Source: Vezdaea acicularis
Taxonomy: Eukaryota
Direction of reading: 5' to 3'
DNA: 64,000 bases
NCBI GenBank assembly: GCA_026025075.1
Contig: JAPEUI010000053.1
Span: 1-64,000 of the forward strand
The notes below the pieces were generated by a model, which saw only the letters and a program-made list of their open reading frames with translations, was not told where the DNA came from and did not search any database. The translations under genes were made by a program, and so were the position numbers. Positions within the stretch are counted from its first letter, which is position 1. The number at the start of each line of letters is the position of its first letter. Shown piece by piece: positions 1-11,596 of this stretch.

Positions 1-1201
1 CCATAGACCATATGAGACAATCTATAACAAGCTTGATAGGATGATCAGAGCTGGGATAAGATATTCTAGTGCTCATGGCCAGGTCAATCTTGCTAGGGAC
101 ACTTTTGTGTTCATGTGTTGATTTTGTAAAGGGATACATCCAGTAGCCAATGAAATAGCAACAGTGCTTAGCGTCGGAATCTGCCGCAACACGCTATTGA
201 TTCCTGCTTAATTTTGCAATCTTGATTACTGCAAGGGCTTAACGAGGTCGCAAAGTGAGCGCGGACCAATCGCAAAATTGTCTAACCCCATGATGAGATC
301 TAAACTATTTCTGCGCCTAGGTTGCATTGCGGAATCAATTGTTAACAAGTGCAGAAGATAATAAAATATACGTTTTAAATGTTAAAGTTATAAATTGTTC
401 AACGTACGGGTGAACAGCCTCACAAGATATCATCGTCGCAATTTGCCAACAGAAGTCTACAATACGCAAACAACCATATATCCATTTGAAAGTTAACTGT
501 ATGGCCCTTGCGCTCAGCGCATTGCTGTATTCTGTGAGGAACGGCGTACACAGTTTATTAGCTATGCTTGTTACACCAGGACGTAGCGTTTTACGTACCT
601 TTTACTAAGAAATCCCGGCCAGAATGAGTTGTTCGCAAAAAAGGACGCCTTTTGCAAACCAAGCATAACAGTGGCAATGCAAAAAGAGAACACATTTCAC
701 GGCAAGCAGCAGGTATATATTAAAATCAAGTAAATAGTGTGATTACTATACTAGCTTCTAGCTTCCGTCAAGATTTTTCGAGCTGAATCACTTGGATCAA
801 GCAACTCGCTTTCATATATTCAAGTCGCAATAACTTTGCTACAATAGAAGATGAGCATTTGTGATTTGTGTGAGAATAATATTAAGCCTCATAGAAGCCG
901 TAAACAAAATCTATTACTTTGTGTACTATCTCTTTGTATCTAATGCTGCTTGACAGCGTTTATGCATTGATATTAGCAAGTAATCCAAAATCTCTTCCTC
1001 AAGTTCATCTCAAGCCTTAATAACAACTTCAATAGGTCTATTCACAGTTTATTGTTTTTTACTTCTTATAACTCTAAATTGTTGCAATGGTGCAATGACT
1101 GTACTAGCTCCTAGCTTCTATCAAGATCTTTAGGATGAATAAGAAGTAGGAGAGCTAGCTTTACTTCAGTTTTACTTCTGCTTTGCCTAGCCTTTTAGCA
1201 T

Positions 1202-1878
1202 TGTCAGAGCACAGGGTATCTTGACACTTTAAGGACAAGGCCTCCTGCTATGAGTTTATGATAAAAAAGTTATATTGTTTCTATCTAGGGAGATATGTTA
1301 TATATACGGGTCATCACGCGCCCGATCATGACTACCCACTCAGGATAATGTAGTAAGCGCTGTCTGTTGCAAGGCAGTTGCATGGCTCATAGCGTTGTGT
1401 AAGGACGGGCACGATAGCTGCCCCTGATTCTGAGAGCGTGGTAGGCCGGCGCCGTCTGCGGCCCGCCTGCGGTGTCACTGCGTGTTTAATAAGCTATGGG
1501 GGTAGGCGGGCCACCGGCGATAGCTAGCAATGTCACAGGGCTGTATAGTGATATAATGAATGGATTGCGGTTATATAAATCGATTCCGAGAACTAGCTAT
1601 AGATCAAGACTATTCGATGCCGCGTCCCTAGTGAACCCGACTCGATATATATATAAGGGGCGCGCTGACTAAGCGTCCCCTGAGCGCCGCCGGCGTCTAA
1701 GCGAGAGCAGCCGTCTAGGGCGCGCCGGTGCGCTCTAGGCGGATGCCGTCGCGTTCTTACACGTCGCTTCTATGAACAGGCGCTATAAGGAGGCTGCTTG
1801 TGTTAGTATACTGCGTACCTGCTCCCTGCCCCTATAGGCCGTTGCCACTTCCTGCTCCTATTCCGTTGTCCTATAACA
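1202..1878 (-). mobile_element. Solo LTR (family A), interrupted by a nested LTR
   Basis: TGTCAG...ATAACA ends with perfect 5-bp TSD AGCAT (1197-1201, 1879-1883). After removing 1398-1766 it aligns end to end with the copies at 2833 and 4072. Strand is inferred from TATA/poly(A)-signal position. Confidence 0.9.
1398..1761. mobile_element. Solo LTR (family B) nested inside the family A LTR
   Basis: TGTAAG...CTTACA inverted termini. TSD CGTTG (1393-1397) / CGTCG (1762-1766), differing by one C/T transition. GC-rich with internal TATATATA. No similarity to family A. Confidence 0.85.
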
Positions 1879-1964
1879 AGCATCTAGCATAAAATCAGGT
1901 GATTTTTAGATCACCTAACATAGACAAACATAGCTAATAGAGCTGCCGCTTTTTTTAAGATAGC

Positions 1965-2055
1965 TCTTCAGCAATCAACTTATTTATTTATCTGAATAAC
2001 TAATATGAAGGCATCCTTGCTCTGCTTTGTCTACTTTTTGCTTTGTCTTGTCTTG
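1965..2055. repeat. ~90-bp diverged inverted repeat, partner at 5385-5476
   Basis: TCTTCAGCAATCAAC...GCTTTGTCTTGTCTTG matches the reverse complement of CAAGACAAGACAAAAGC...GATTGCTAAAGA; many of the differences are transitions. Confidence 0.7.
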
Positions 2056-2832
2056 CCTTGCTCTAGCTACTATCACTGCATCTAGTTTTTGCTTGCAAGT
2101 TTTTGAGTCTTTAAAAGTTAACCCACACGCCTACAGACCTCCGCTCTCTAATAAAGCACTGGTCTGTCCTTATAACAAGTCACTAAGAAAGCTACGGCGG
2201 CTTCTTACAATTATACAATAGATATTATTGATGTAGATAAATATGTAGAGTACGTTATGAAGCATCACATATTCTAATTATAAGATAAAAACGGCAAATA
2301 ATTTAGATACTCAAGTTTTTGAATTAATGACTTGGATATCCATGCTACACCGCTTTTTCTCATGGCTTTGTGGCTATTTTATACCTAATAGAGCATATAT
2401 CCTGCTAAAATTCATCTTCTATAGCTATAGCTTATATTTATGCATATCAAATCTGTCAATATGTCCATTACTGTTAATCAGATTTATCCGTTATGCAATG
2501 ATGCTGGTCAAGCGTTTCTAACTGCCGCAATTCAGCAAGGTATCTTTTATTGGATTGTTAAAGCCAAGAAAACACAATACACAGTGTGTTGTTGTTCTGA
2601 TGAATGTCGTCTGTTCAGGTAGCATGCGGTTTGGCAAAAAAATGGCACTGCAAGAATTAAGACCGTTATAAAATATACATGCTTGCCGGCAGTGCATTAA
2701 GATTAGAAACTAGTAAACAGTGTTGCAGCTGCTTTACCACATCATGAAAACTATATTGCAGTCAATTTAAAAACTACTTCGCAAGCTATCATAACTCACA
2801 AACGTATCAGTTACGGTAATACTCCACCATAT

Positions 2833-3142
2833 TGTCAGAGCACAAAGCGTTCAAATACTTTAAAGATAAAACGTCCTGCTATGGTTTTATGATGACAGAG
2901 TTATATTGTTTCTATCTAAAGAGATACGCTATATATACAAGTCATCACGTGCTTGGTCACAACTGCTTAGTCAGGACAACGCAATAAACGCTGTTTGTTG
3001 TAAGACAATTGCATGCCTCATAGCACTGCCTCTATGGGTAGGCGCTATAAAGAGGCTACTTATGTTAGTATACCGCGTATCTGCTCCCTGCCCCCATAGG
3101 CTGTTATTACTCTCTGCTCTTATCACCTGTTGTTCCACAACA
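2833..3142 (-). mobile_element. Solo LTR (family A) inserted in the MULE transposase
   Basis: TGTCAG...ACAACA ends. Full-length similarity to the 1202 and 4072 copies with many G>A/C>T changes. Degenerate TSD CATAT/GGTAT. Removing it restores the transposase frame (TPPY*QIYRIRE). Confidence 0.85.
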
Positions 3143-3186
3143 GGTATTGACAAATATATCGTATTCGAGAAGTTGCTCAAGCAAAC

Positions 3187-3527
3187 TGTTATAGGACACG
3201 AGGTAGGGGCGTCTGGGCAAGAGGAAGCATCGCCCGGACATAGGGGCTAAAGAGTAGTAGCATCTGGACGCAAGGATAAGGAGCGATTGTATGGCGTCTA
3301 CTAATAGGGGCAGCGCTTGTACGTCATGCGACTGCCCTAAGACGGACAGCGCCTGCTGCGACTAGCAGCGCTGTCTTGTTCAGGCAGTTATGACCGGATG
3401 CCCTTTGCCTTATATATAGATGAATCCCCTAGCTAGATAAATAGAACAACTTCTTCATAAATACCGTTTACTGACAGGACGCTCTGTGCCCTGACATATC
3501 GATGCCAGGATGCCCCGTGTCCTGACA
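3187..3527 (+). mobile_element. Solo LTR (diverged family A relative, opposite orientation)
   Basis: TGTT...CTGACA ends with perfect TSD CAAAC (3182-3186, 3528-3532). Its reverse complement shares blocks (TGTCAGG.CACGGGG, AGGGCAGTCGCATG, CGCTGCCCCTAT) with the 4072 copy. TATATA at ~3411 followed by ATAAATA. Confidence 0.9.
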
Positions 3528-4071
3528 CAAACCTTATAATCAATGGCGTTGATAGTTTTACAAGCTGCCAGCAAATTTTACAGCTATTCAACAATGTAAT
3601 TCAAAACATACTGCCATTTTAGAGACAACAGAAAGTCAATTTTTTTGCTGTTTCATAGCCCCTAAAGCTACAAAATATGCAGCTAGAACTATGCGCTCCT
3701 TTATAGCGGTTGACGGTGCTCATTGCATTAGTACTTATGATGAAGTCTTATTAATGGCCGCGGGCTTAAATGCTAATAACAAAATGCTACTATTAGCTTG
3801 AGCTCTTGTTGATACAGAGAATGAAGACAATTGATGCTGGTTTATGGCTTTATTTGATAATGCATTTCTATCTCTTATTATATCCCAGGCCGTAATTATT
3901 AGCGATCAACATAAAAACTTATTAACAGCTATCTGTCAGCTGTTTCCGGCATGTTTTGCAGCCCGCTGCTGTTAACATATTGCGAACAATATAGCAATAA
4001 GATATTATAAAACTTGTTGGAAATTATTCTGGACTTACGCATATACTAAGACAAGACAATCTTTGACGGAT

Positions 4072-4352
4072 TGTCAGGGCACGGGGTGTCCAGACACTGC
4101 AAGGACAAAGCGTCCTGATATGGGTTTATGATGAAAGAGTTGCATTGTTTCTATCTAGGGGGATACGCTATATATACGGGTCATCACGTGCCCGATCACG
4201 ACTGCCCAGTCAGGACAGCACGGTAAGCGCTGTCTGTTGCAGGGCAGTCGCATGCCTCATAACGCTGCCCCTATGGGCAGGCGCTATAAAAAAGCTGCGT
4301 CTATCAGTATATATCGTATCTGCTTCTGCCCTTATCCCGCTGTCCCACAACA
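4072..4352 (-). mobile_element. Solo LTR (family A), least mutated copy
   Basis: TGTCAGGG...ACAACA ends. TSD CGGAT/CGGAA (4/5). Aligns with the 1202 and 2833 copies. Confidence 0.9.
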
Positions 4353-7300
4353 CGGAAGGTGTAAAAGTGTTACGGCAGCATAATGCTCCTACTGCAGCCT
4401 ATTTAGAGGATATTGACGCCATTACATGAGCTACTGCAGCTTTTTTGGCGCTTTGATATAATCATTCAACTTTTAATCTTGTTGAATCAGTTAACGGACA
4501 TTGGTTGAAAGCTAGAAATCAGCCGGCATTAGGTCTATTAAATACAATATGGCAGATCATGGCTCAAAAAATACTAGAACAGAGTCAATAAGTCATTAAG
4601 AGAGTCTTTTGTGCTTAGTCTCAAAAATATCTTGCTGGACTACTAGCCAAAAATGACTGTTACAATATTGCTTTATATGATATTAATATAGGCACTGTCA
4701 TAAAAGGCGTCAGCAGTTACTCTATTAATCTTACGCAGTATAAATGCTCTTGTGGAAAGTTTACGGAACATCAATCACTTTGTGTGCATGCACTTGTTTT
4801 TTGCACCCGGCAACGTCTAGATTCTTATTATTATATATCAAATATTTACTGTACGGAGATTCATAGGCAACAATATCTAAAACGGCTTATGCCAATTAAT
4901 ATGGCGGCATTATTGGATAACAATATATGCAATCCCTCTATTTATCAACAAGCTGCTAGAAAACCCGCTAAAGCAAGAAAACAGACCACACAACAGGCTA
5001 ATACCAGAACTAGATATCACTGCAGCTATTGCAGGGCCAAAAAGCATATCAGACGGTCACAACAATGTAGGAGGAATAAACAAGAGTTTGCAGAGCTGAA
5101 AATGCTGGCAAAAAATATGTTTATAGGATGCATTAATTAAACAAGCTAATTTTATGGATATTCAAGTCATTAATTGAAAAACTTGAGTATCCAAATCATT
5201 TGCCAATATCAAAAAACTATTTAAAGACAAGCCTACGAGATAACGTTATTAGCAATATATAGAAAAAAAATTTAATCATCAGCTCATTTGAGTTAAACTC
5301 TTAGCGGCGCTCATTTTTTTTAAGTATTATAGCTCTGCTGATAAGCTTTAATCAAAATTATAATAGCTTCTTATAAAAATATAACAAGACAAGACAAAAG
5401 CAAAAATCAAACAAAGCAAAACAAGAATGCTTTTCTACTAGTTATTTATATGAAAAGATGAATTGATTGCTAAAGATGTTATAACACAATTTTATTTAGC
5501 CAAGCAGTTGTTAAAACTATTTCTTGCAAGAATATATTTATTTCTAAACAGATATGAACTTTTTGCTTTGTCTAAAGCTTTAAAAAATTGAAAATTTTAT
5601 TTCAATAGGCTGTTGCAAGTCTGGTGCAATTAAGATTAGCAGCGGCAAAATAAACATATGCGTATGTGTGTCATTTATTATTGGTTTTTAGAAAATAAAT
5701 TTAAATAAAAAACTTCAATAAGACTATTATCATAAAAGAGGAATTTACATGGCATTAATTAACCAACAACCAATAGTGGCAATTAGAATTTTTTGATTTT
5801 TGTAAAAAATCTATTAATAAAAAGCTGAAAGTTATTTTTTAAAGCCAACATAGTAATGATAAATATTGATTTAAAAAATGATAAATAATATAGTAAAAAA
5901 TAAATCACAAATTTTGGTTTGTAGCAAATATTATTATTTATTCCAGTCATTTATTGTTGAATAATATTTATTCTACTTATATATGCCAAAAATTATCTAT
6001 TCTAATCATTTTACAAGGTGAACCATCAATTTGAAGATTTTATTTATTATTAAAAATAATTATAATAAATATAAAACTAGAAAGACAAAATTAACTATTG
6101 GTTTGAATGTTTTTATTTTTGAAAAAAAAAATTTTATATGCTAATCTTGATGTATTTTAGTGTTTCTTGTCTATAAATTTTAAATCTTTAAAAACAAAAT
6201 TTATAAGCCGGTGGATAATTTTATTTTTAGTTAAAATTAATAATAGAATTATTTTTGTTCCACATATGCTGATAGTTAATAAATATTTAATTAATATGCT
6301 TTTAATATGAATATTAAATTAAGCCTGCTAGAGATTTGACATTAAAGAAATTTGAATTAATAGTTACTTATTGAAAATTTATCTATATAATTTTACATTA
6401 TTTATTATATCAATTTACTTCAATATTGCATAATAATATCTATAAAAATGAGCAAGATAGATGCTTTCTGATCTGAAAGCATACTAGATTGAGCAACGTT
6501 TGCATTCCAATTGCAATTTTTCTATATGTTTAATGGATTATAAGAGTAGGCAAACCATTTACAATAGCTAGCAATAGCATTAAACAATGCAAAAGTATAA
6601 ATATAATAATATAGTAGATGATCTAAAATTACATGGATGAATTTTAATATTTCACTACAAGCTGAAACTATTTAATACTCAGTTTTTACCAAGCTTGGCT
6701 TTAATATATATATATTAAAGGTGTATTGATTAAGTGATTTTTACTTTCTGCTAATTTTTTAGCAAAAATAGCCATCTAAAATATGCCGGCATGCTCTAAG
6801 CAGCTACAATTACATTTTTGTAACATTTTTAGCTATTATTAATAGCTTGCATATTTTTATGTTTCTTTAAATATTGTAAAAAATTGCTATTGCTTTTGCA
6901 ATAGCTTGCTAGCGGAGCTATAGCGGCTAGACAAAATGAGTGTTGCTTAGACCCTAGCATAAAAGATGCAATAATTAAATTTCTTTTCTATATATGCCTG
7001 ATGATGCTATTATGATGATTTATTATAAAAAAATATTCTTTATATACTATAGCTAGAATATACAAGACTTTATAGCAATTTTTATTTAATCTATTTGAGT
7101 CTATTATATCTATATCTGCCTATTAAATCAGGTGACTATCATTATACATGCTATATATTATTAAGTCTAGCTATTGTTACCTTATAGCTCATGTATATCT
7201 TGTTGAATGTATGTTTTCTTGCCGCAAGCAGGACGCAGACGTTATACACTTGCTTTGCTGACAGAAAAAAAGCAAAACTTGTGTTCATCTTTATAAATAC

Positions 7301-8311
7301 GCAATAGCATTGCAGGTAAAACATAAATGTCATTGAAAATATCATACCTTTAGGCTTAAGAAAAATTATTTTAATTATTTATATAATCATATAGTAATTT
7401 TTATTGCAAATCAATTTATTGATCTCTAATGCATATACGGAAAATATTTTTAGTATATATAAAACATTAATAGCAATTTTTTTTGTCATTCATTAATACT
7501 ACATATATTTTTTTTATCTTGTGAGAATAAACATTAGCTTTGTCTTTTTTTAAAAAACATGACAGACATACAACGTGTATGTTATGCTTCCAGCAAAAAA
7601 ATGTATGTTCTGCAAGATATATGCAGGCTATAATAGCTGCTGTAGCTATGTTAATAGATATTTTGATATTATTTAATAATTTATATGATAGACATATAAG
7701 ACACTGTACATTTTAGCCATAATAATAATTTAGTCAATGATAAGTTTTTAAAATAACGTCATCAGATTTAATTTTCTTGAATATAAAATATAGTACTCCA
7801 CCATAATCAAAAACAATTTAAATAATTTTTTAGTTGATTAATAAATGATTAATAAATATTATACATATTTTGATGCAATTTAATTGTAATAATTTTGCTT
7901 ATTAAATACATTAAGTTAATCAAATAACATTAAAGCATTCAATTTTATATTTGTTGTGATAAGAACAATAAAATAAATATCAATTTTATGATTGAATAGT
8001 TGCAACATTGTATCAATTGCTTAAAAATTACTTCTTTAAAGAATTGATATTCAAAAAAACAATTAAATAAATATTATATTTTCTTACGTTTACTTATTTT
8101 ATCTAAATTATCTTTTCTTGTTCCACATATAATATGGTACCAAAAATTTTTGATACATCAAATTAAAAAAGCGCACGCTCCACTCTTTCGCTTAAAATCA
8201 AATAAATTCACTACCTCTTGGCTATATCCATGATTGCAATTTTGGCAAACTCAAGCGTGCGGCTATGTTCCACAGAGACTTAATCCTTTCAAATTGTTAC
8301 AACCTGCAGCC

Positions 8312-9134
8312 ATGACCTCTGTTGTTAAACCAGCACCTTTAGTAAAGGAGCTTGCTGCAAATGGTGCACGCCCCTGCCGAATTTGGAGTCTTACTTCTCT
8401 CAAAAGCTAACATTTCCCGATAGATCGTCCAACGAGAGATAAGGCAATTGCGAGCCTTCGAACATATCTGAGCGGCCGGCGAAAATTTGACGAGCTTGAA
8501 CTGCTGAAGTTATGGAAGGGCCTGTTCTTCTGCATGTGGATGAGTGATCGCCCAAGAACACAGCAGAGACTCGCGTTTGATCTCGCTGGGCTCGTAGAAG
8601 TGCTACCAAGTGAAAGTGTGGTCCCATTCCTGGAGGCTTTCTGGAAAACGATGGCCCGGGAATGGAATGGAATCGACGTGCTAAGGTAGGTCTGACTATA
8701 GCACAGCTCAGTATAGGGGCTTGTGTTTGGATTGACTTTGTGTTAGGATGGACAAATTCCTACTTTTGGTGCGGAGCTATACCTATACGACGTTCAAGCT
8801 TCTCGTCCAACGTGGATGGGATGAAGAAGGGGTGAAAGAAATAACGGACCTATTGTCTTCGGTTCCGCTACACCCTACGGACACCAAGATACCGAACGGC
8901 CTTCGATATCACGTCATTGATGTGTACGTCGACGAGCTGCATAGAGCAGACCCCCCGCGAACTTCGAATACACTCTTAGAGAACCTTCTCGAGCCGTTAA
9001 GATATTTGGAGAAAGAGAGCCCAACGAAGAGCGTGAGAGTCAGAGCGAAAGAGGCTCTTGCGGACGAAAGGCGAGAGGATTGGATGTGTCCCATAGAGAA
9101 CAATGATCCGACGACTCAGGGCAATATCTCATAA
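8312..9134 (+). CDS. RRP1: Ribosomal RNA processing protein Rrp1/Nop52 (3 exons; introns 8364-8423 and 8686-8746)
   Basis: Spliced translation LVKELAANDRPTRDKA...LLKLWKGLFFCMWMSDRPRTQQRLA...REWNGIDVLRMDKFLLLVR is the Nop52 family signature. Confidence 0.92.
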
Positions 9135-9342
9135 TATATGGACGACTCAAGAGATGAGTCTATAGGGAGCCTTATGGGACGCTGTCCGGACCAGAGTATA
9201 GTTTCAGAAGACGCCGTTACTGCCATTCCAGGACGCGTGTAAAGGTTTTTCTAAGACCTGAAACATAATTTCATGCATATAAGACCTAGAGTAAGTCTTA
9301 AAACATGGAAGGAGGTGAATATCTCAAGTAACGATTATATTA

Positions 9343-11012
9343 TTACACCATCGTTGAGACGCCTGGAGCCTCATACATATGTCCACTGCGGCTCAAAACC
9401 GTCCCCAATCCTCTATGTACCTCTGCCTGGAAGGGCTCAAACGGGACACTTTCGCCGTCTATGCTAATGTAGCCATCCCCATTCCCTTTACCCTTGGGTA
9501 TCATCCGGTATCCCAAGACCTTTCGGTAGTTCACAGTATCCAACATGAAGAGCTTTCCCGATTCAGCCCCAGTCATGCACTTAATAGCCGCGAGGCGAGA
9601 TATGTCCCCATCTATGCAGACAAGATCCAAGCATCCATCATTAGGTAACGTGGCTGGGAAGAAATTCGTTGATCTAGCCACCAACGACATGTTGCCAGCG
9701 TAGAAGTTCCCCATGTTGTCATAATTCACAAGGTTCCAGCCTTGCGGAAGCGGGTCCATAACCGTCCCATACTTGAGCGCAGGTAAACCAGATCTGGTCT
9801 CAAGCGAGAGTAGTTTTGCATCACTCGAGATGTCTCCTCGTCGAGATTCCACAGGCGCGGTGTTCTTCATTTCTTGTCGATAGTGCTCTCGAATAGTGGA
9901 TTTTCCTTCTATCTCAACCTTGACAGCTACGTCACATGGGTAGACGGTCTTCCCAATAAGCCGAACGAGAACTCCATAAGTAAAGCGCTGGCTCCCCATC
10001 CAGCGCAAGTGGTCAGTTCCAAGATCAGTCTCAGCAACCATACCTATCGATTGGGTGAGAAAGGAAAGTGTTCGCGACGTCCCCTGAGTGATAGATATGA
10101 GATCAAGAGGAGTGATAATTCCTTTCACGGTACAGAGCGCTGCCATGCTCGGACTCTCTGTTCCGTACAAGTTCCAGCTCATAGCATTGCCGGAACCACA
10201 GGGGAGTTGTACCACGGCCACCTTCTCGAGGGCTCGGCGAGCATCTGGTCTTTTGCCAAGGCCATTGAAAACTTCGTGCGGTAGCCCATCTCCTGAACAG
10301 GAGGCAATTACGTCGTACGCCCCGATATCAAGCTTCTCCGCAATCTCAATCGCGTGGCCACGGTATTGTGTCCTCTCCGCATCGACTATACAGCCAGCTG
10401 CAATGAATATTGGCGCCACGTCTCGATCGTACCATTTTTGTGCGCTTCCCTTCCCACCAAAAGGGTTAATCAGACACTTGATCCGTTTTCCTCGTTGCGA
10501 GTCTCCATAAGCACGATTGAGGAGATGATGGATCCAAGTAGCTACCGAGGCACGTTCGTTCTTGTCGATAGGGTAGATGATATTCGAAGCCCGCACCACA
10601 TGTTTGCTCATGGGATAGGCGTAATGAATTGTTATGTCGAAGTCGGAGAGTTTTGCCGATAGGACGTTGAAAAATGGTATTGCTTGAGTAGATTTGGTTT
10701 CTGAAGGTTGTCAGCAATCTAAGTACCTAGGGTCGTGATTCCAGTCACTACTTCTAAAAAGACCGCAACAAGAGCTTGTATTCCTCTTCGCAAGCTTCTC
10801 ATCTAGGAGAACCGTTCGATCAGTAGAGTTTTCATACGAAGCTGTCAATTTTACTAACCGAGTACGATAAGGGAGTCTTTTCCTATTGTGAGGGAAGCAT
10901 TCCGTCCGACCACCAAGGTACTGTCGCTGATGCGAGATTGAGCAGCCTCAGGAGTAGGTTCAGCGAAAGGGTGGCCCTCAGAAGACAGGGTGGAAGCCAT
11001 AGTTGAAGTCAT
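9343..11012 (-). CDS. LCB4: Sphingoid long-chain base (sphingosine) kinase; start at 11012 or 11000; spliced 5' part
   Basis: DAGKc motifs LINPFGGKG, SGDGLPHEVFNGL, LPCGSGNAM, LRWMGSQRF, GYISIDGE. Confidence 0.92.
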
Positions 11013-11596
11013 CCCATAGCGTTTGCACAGGGTTTTCAATCTCTTAGCACCGGAGCAGTCTCCGGTCAACTCGAGGTGCGGGTAGTACCGAATCCAGGGT
11101 CCATTTCCAACTCCTGAATCGATAGGTCCAAAATTAGTCACCTTGGTTCGCATAATACAAATACATCTTTAAATCATTTCTCATAAAGATTGTTAATAGG
11201 TCAAATTGTTCCCTTGAGATCTCCTTTGTGAACGCTTTTATCTACGAGCCTTCTGTGCTCAAAGTCAAGCTAAACGACGATGCACAAGCTCTCATGGTGA
11301 CCTTTGCCTAGACGCGCGCCCTAACTATTGTTTCAAAAACGCCCATGAAAGCCCCCTAGCTCACGTTAAAGAAAAATTCATGGAGGCCATGATGTTCCTA
11401 CACTACTGTACCGCAGAATTACAGCACGCCTAACCAGCTATCTGAAGTCCTGACCCCTTGGGACCAGTCGGGCGACAGAGTCTCTAGCATCTACGATGCT
11501 TGTAATGCTAAAGAAGGAGAAAAGTGGATACGCTGTGATGACCATAGATACAAACCAAACCGCAGCGTTGAATGGGTTCAGTTGCTTGAGATCCAA

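Larger units (their letters stand above)
2440..5140 (+). pseudogene. MULE transposase pseudogene, with stops, at least one frameshift and three LTR insertions
   Basis: Manual translation gives FIAVDGAHC...LLMAAGLNANNKMLLLA*ALVDTENEDN*CWFM...IISDQHKNLLTAICQLFP...CC*HIANN (MULE DDE core, ~3700-3990), YNHSTFNLVESVN (~4460-4495), SWIM finger CSCGKF...LCVHA (~4745-4791) and C-terminal CSYC...H...C knuckle. Confidence 0.9.
2293..5204 (+). mobile_element. Mutator/MULE DNA transposon (inactive) with ~52-bp terminal inverted repeats
   Basis: TIRs 2293-2344 (GGCAAATAATTTAGATACTCAAG...) and 5153-5204 (...CTTGAGTATCCAAATCATTTGCC) match at 47/52 by hand alignment and enclose a MULE transposase relic. No convincing 9-bp TSD. 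Confidence 0.85.
1..8200. repeat. AT-rich, RIP-like degenerated transposon block; the parts at 1-1200 and 5480-8200 cannot be assigned to a family
   Basis: Very low GC and TpA-rich, especially 5480-8200. No long ORFs. Recognisable TE remnants carry TGG>TGA and CAA>TAA stops typical of C>T/G>A hypermutation. Abrupt transition to normal composition at ~8200. Confidence 0.85.

Noticed and set aside
2906..4429. Similar short ORFs at 2906-3250 and 4145-4429 (MFLSKEIRY/MFLSRGIRY) suggesting a small gene family
   Set aside because: Both lie within family A solo LTRs and start at non-ATG codons; the similarity is repeat homology.
2284..5213. 9-bp TSD for the MULE (GATAAAAAC vs AATATCAAA)
   Set aside because: Match too poor in an AT-rich context.
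5480..8200. Possible transposase or pol remnants in the most AT-rich part
   Set aside because: Manual translation of sampled segments gave no recognisable motif; too degenerate to assign.
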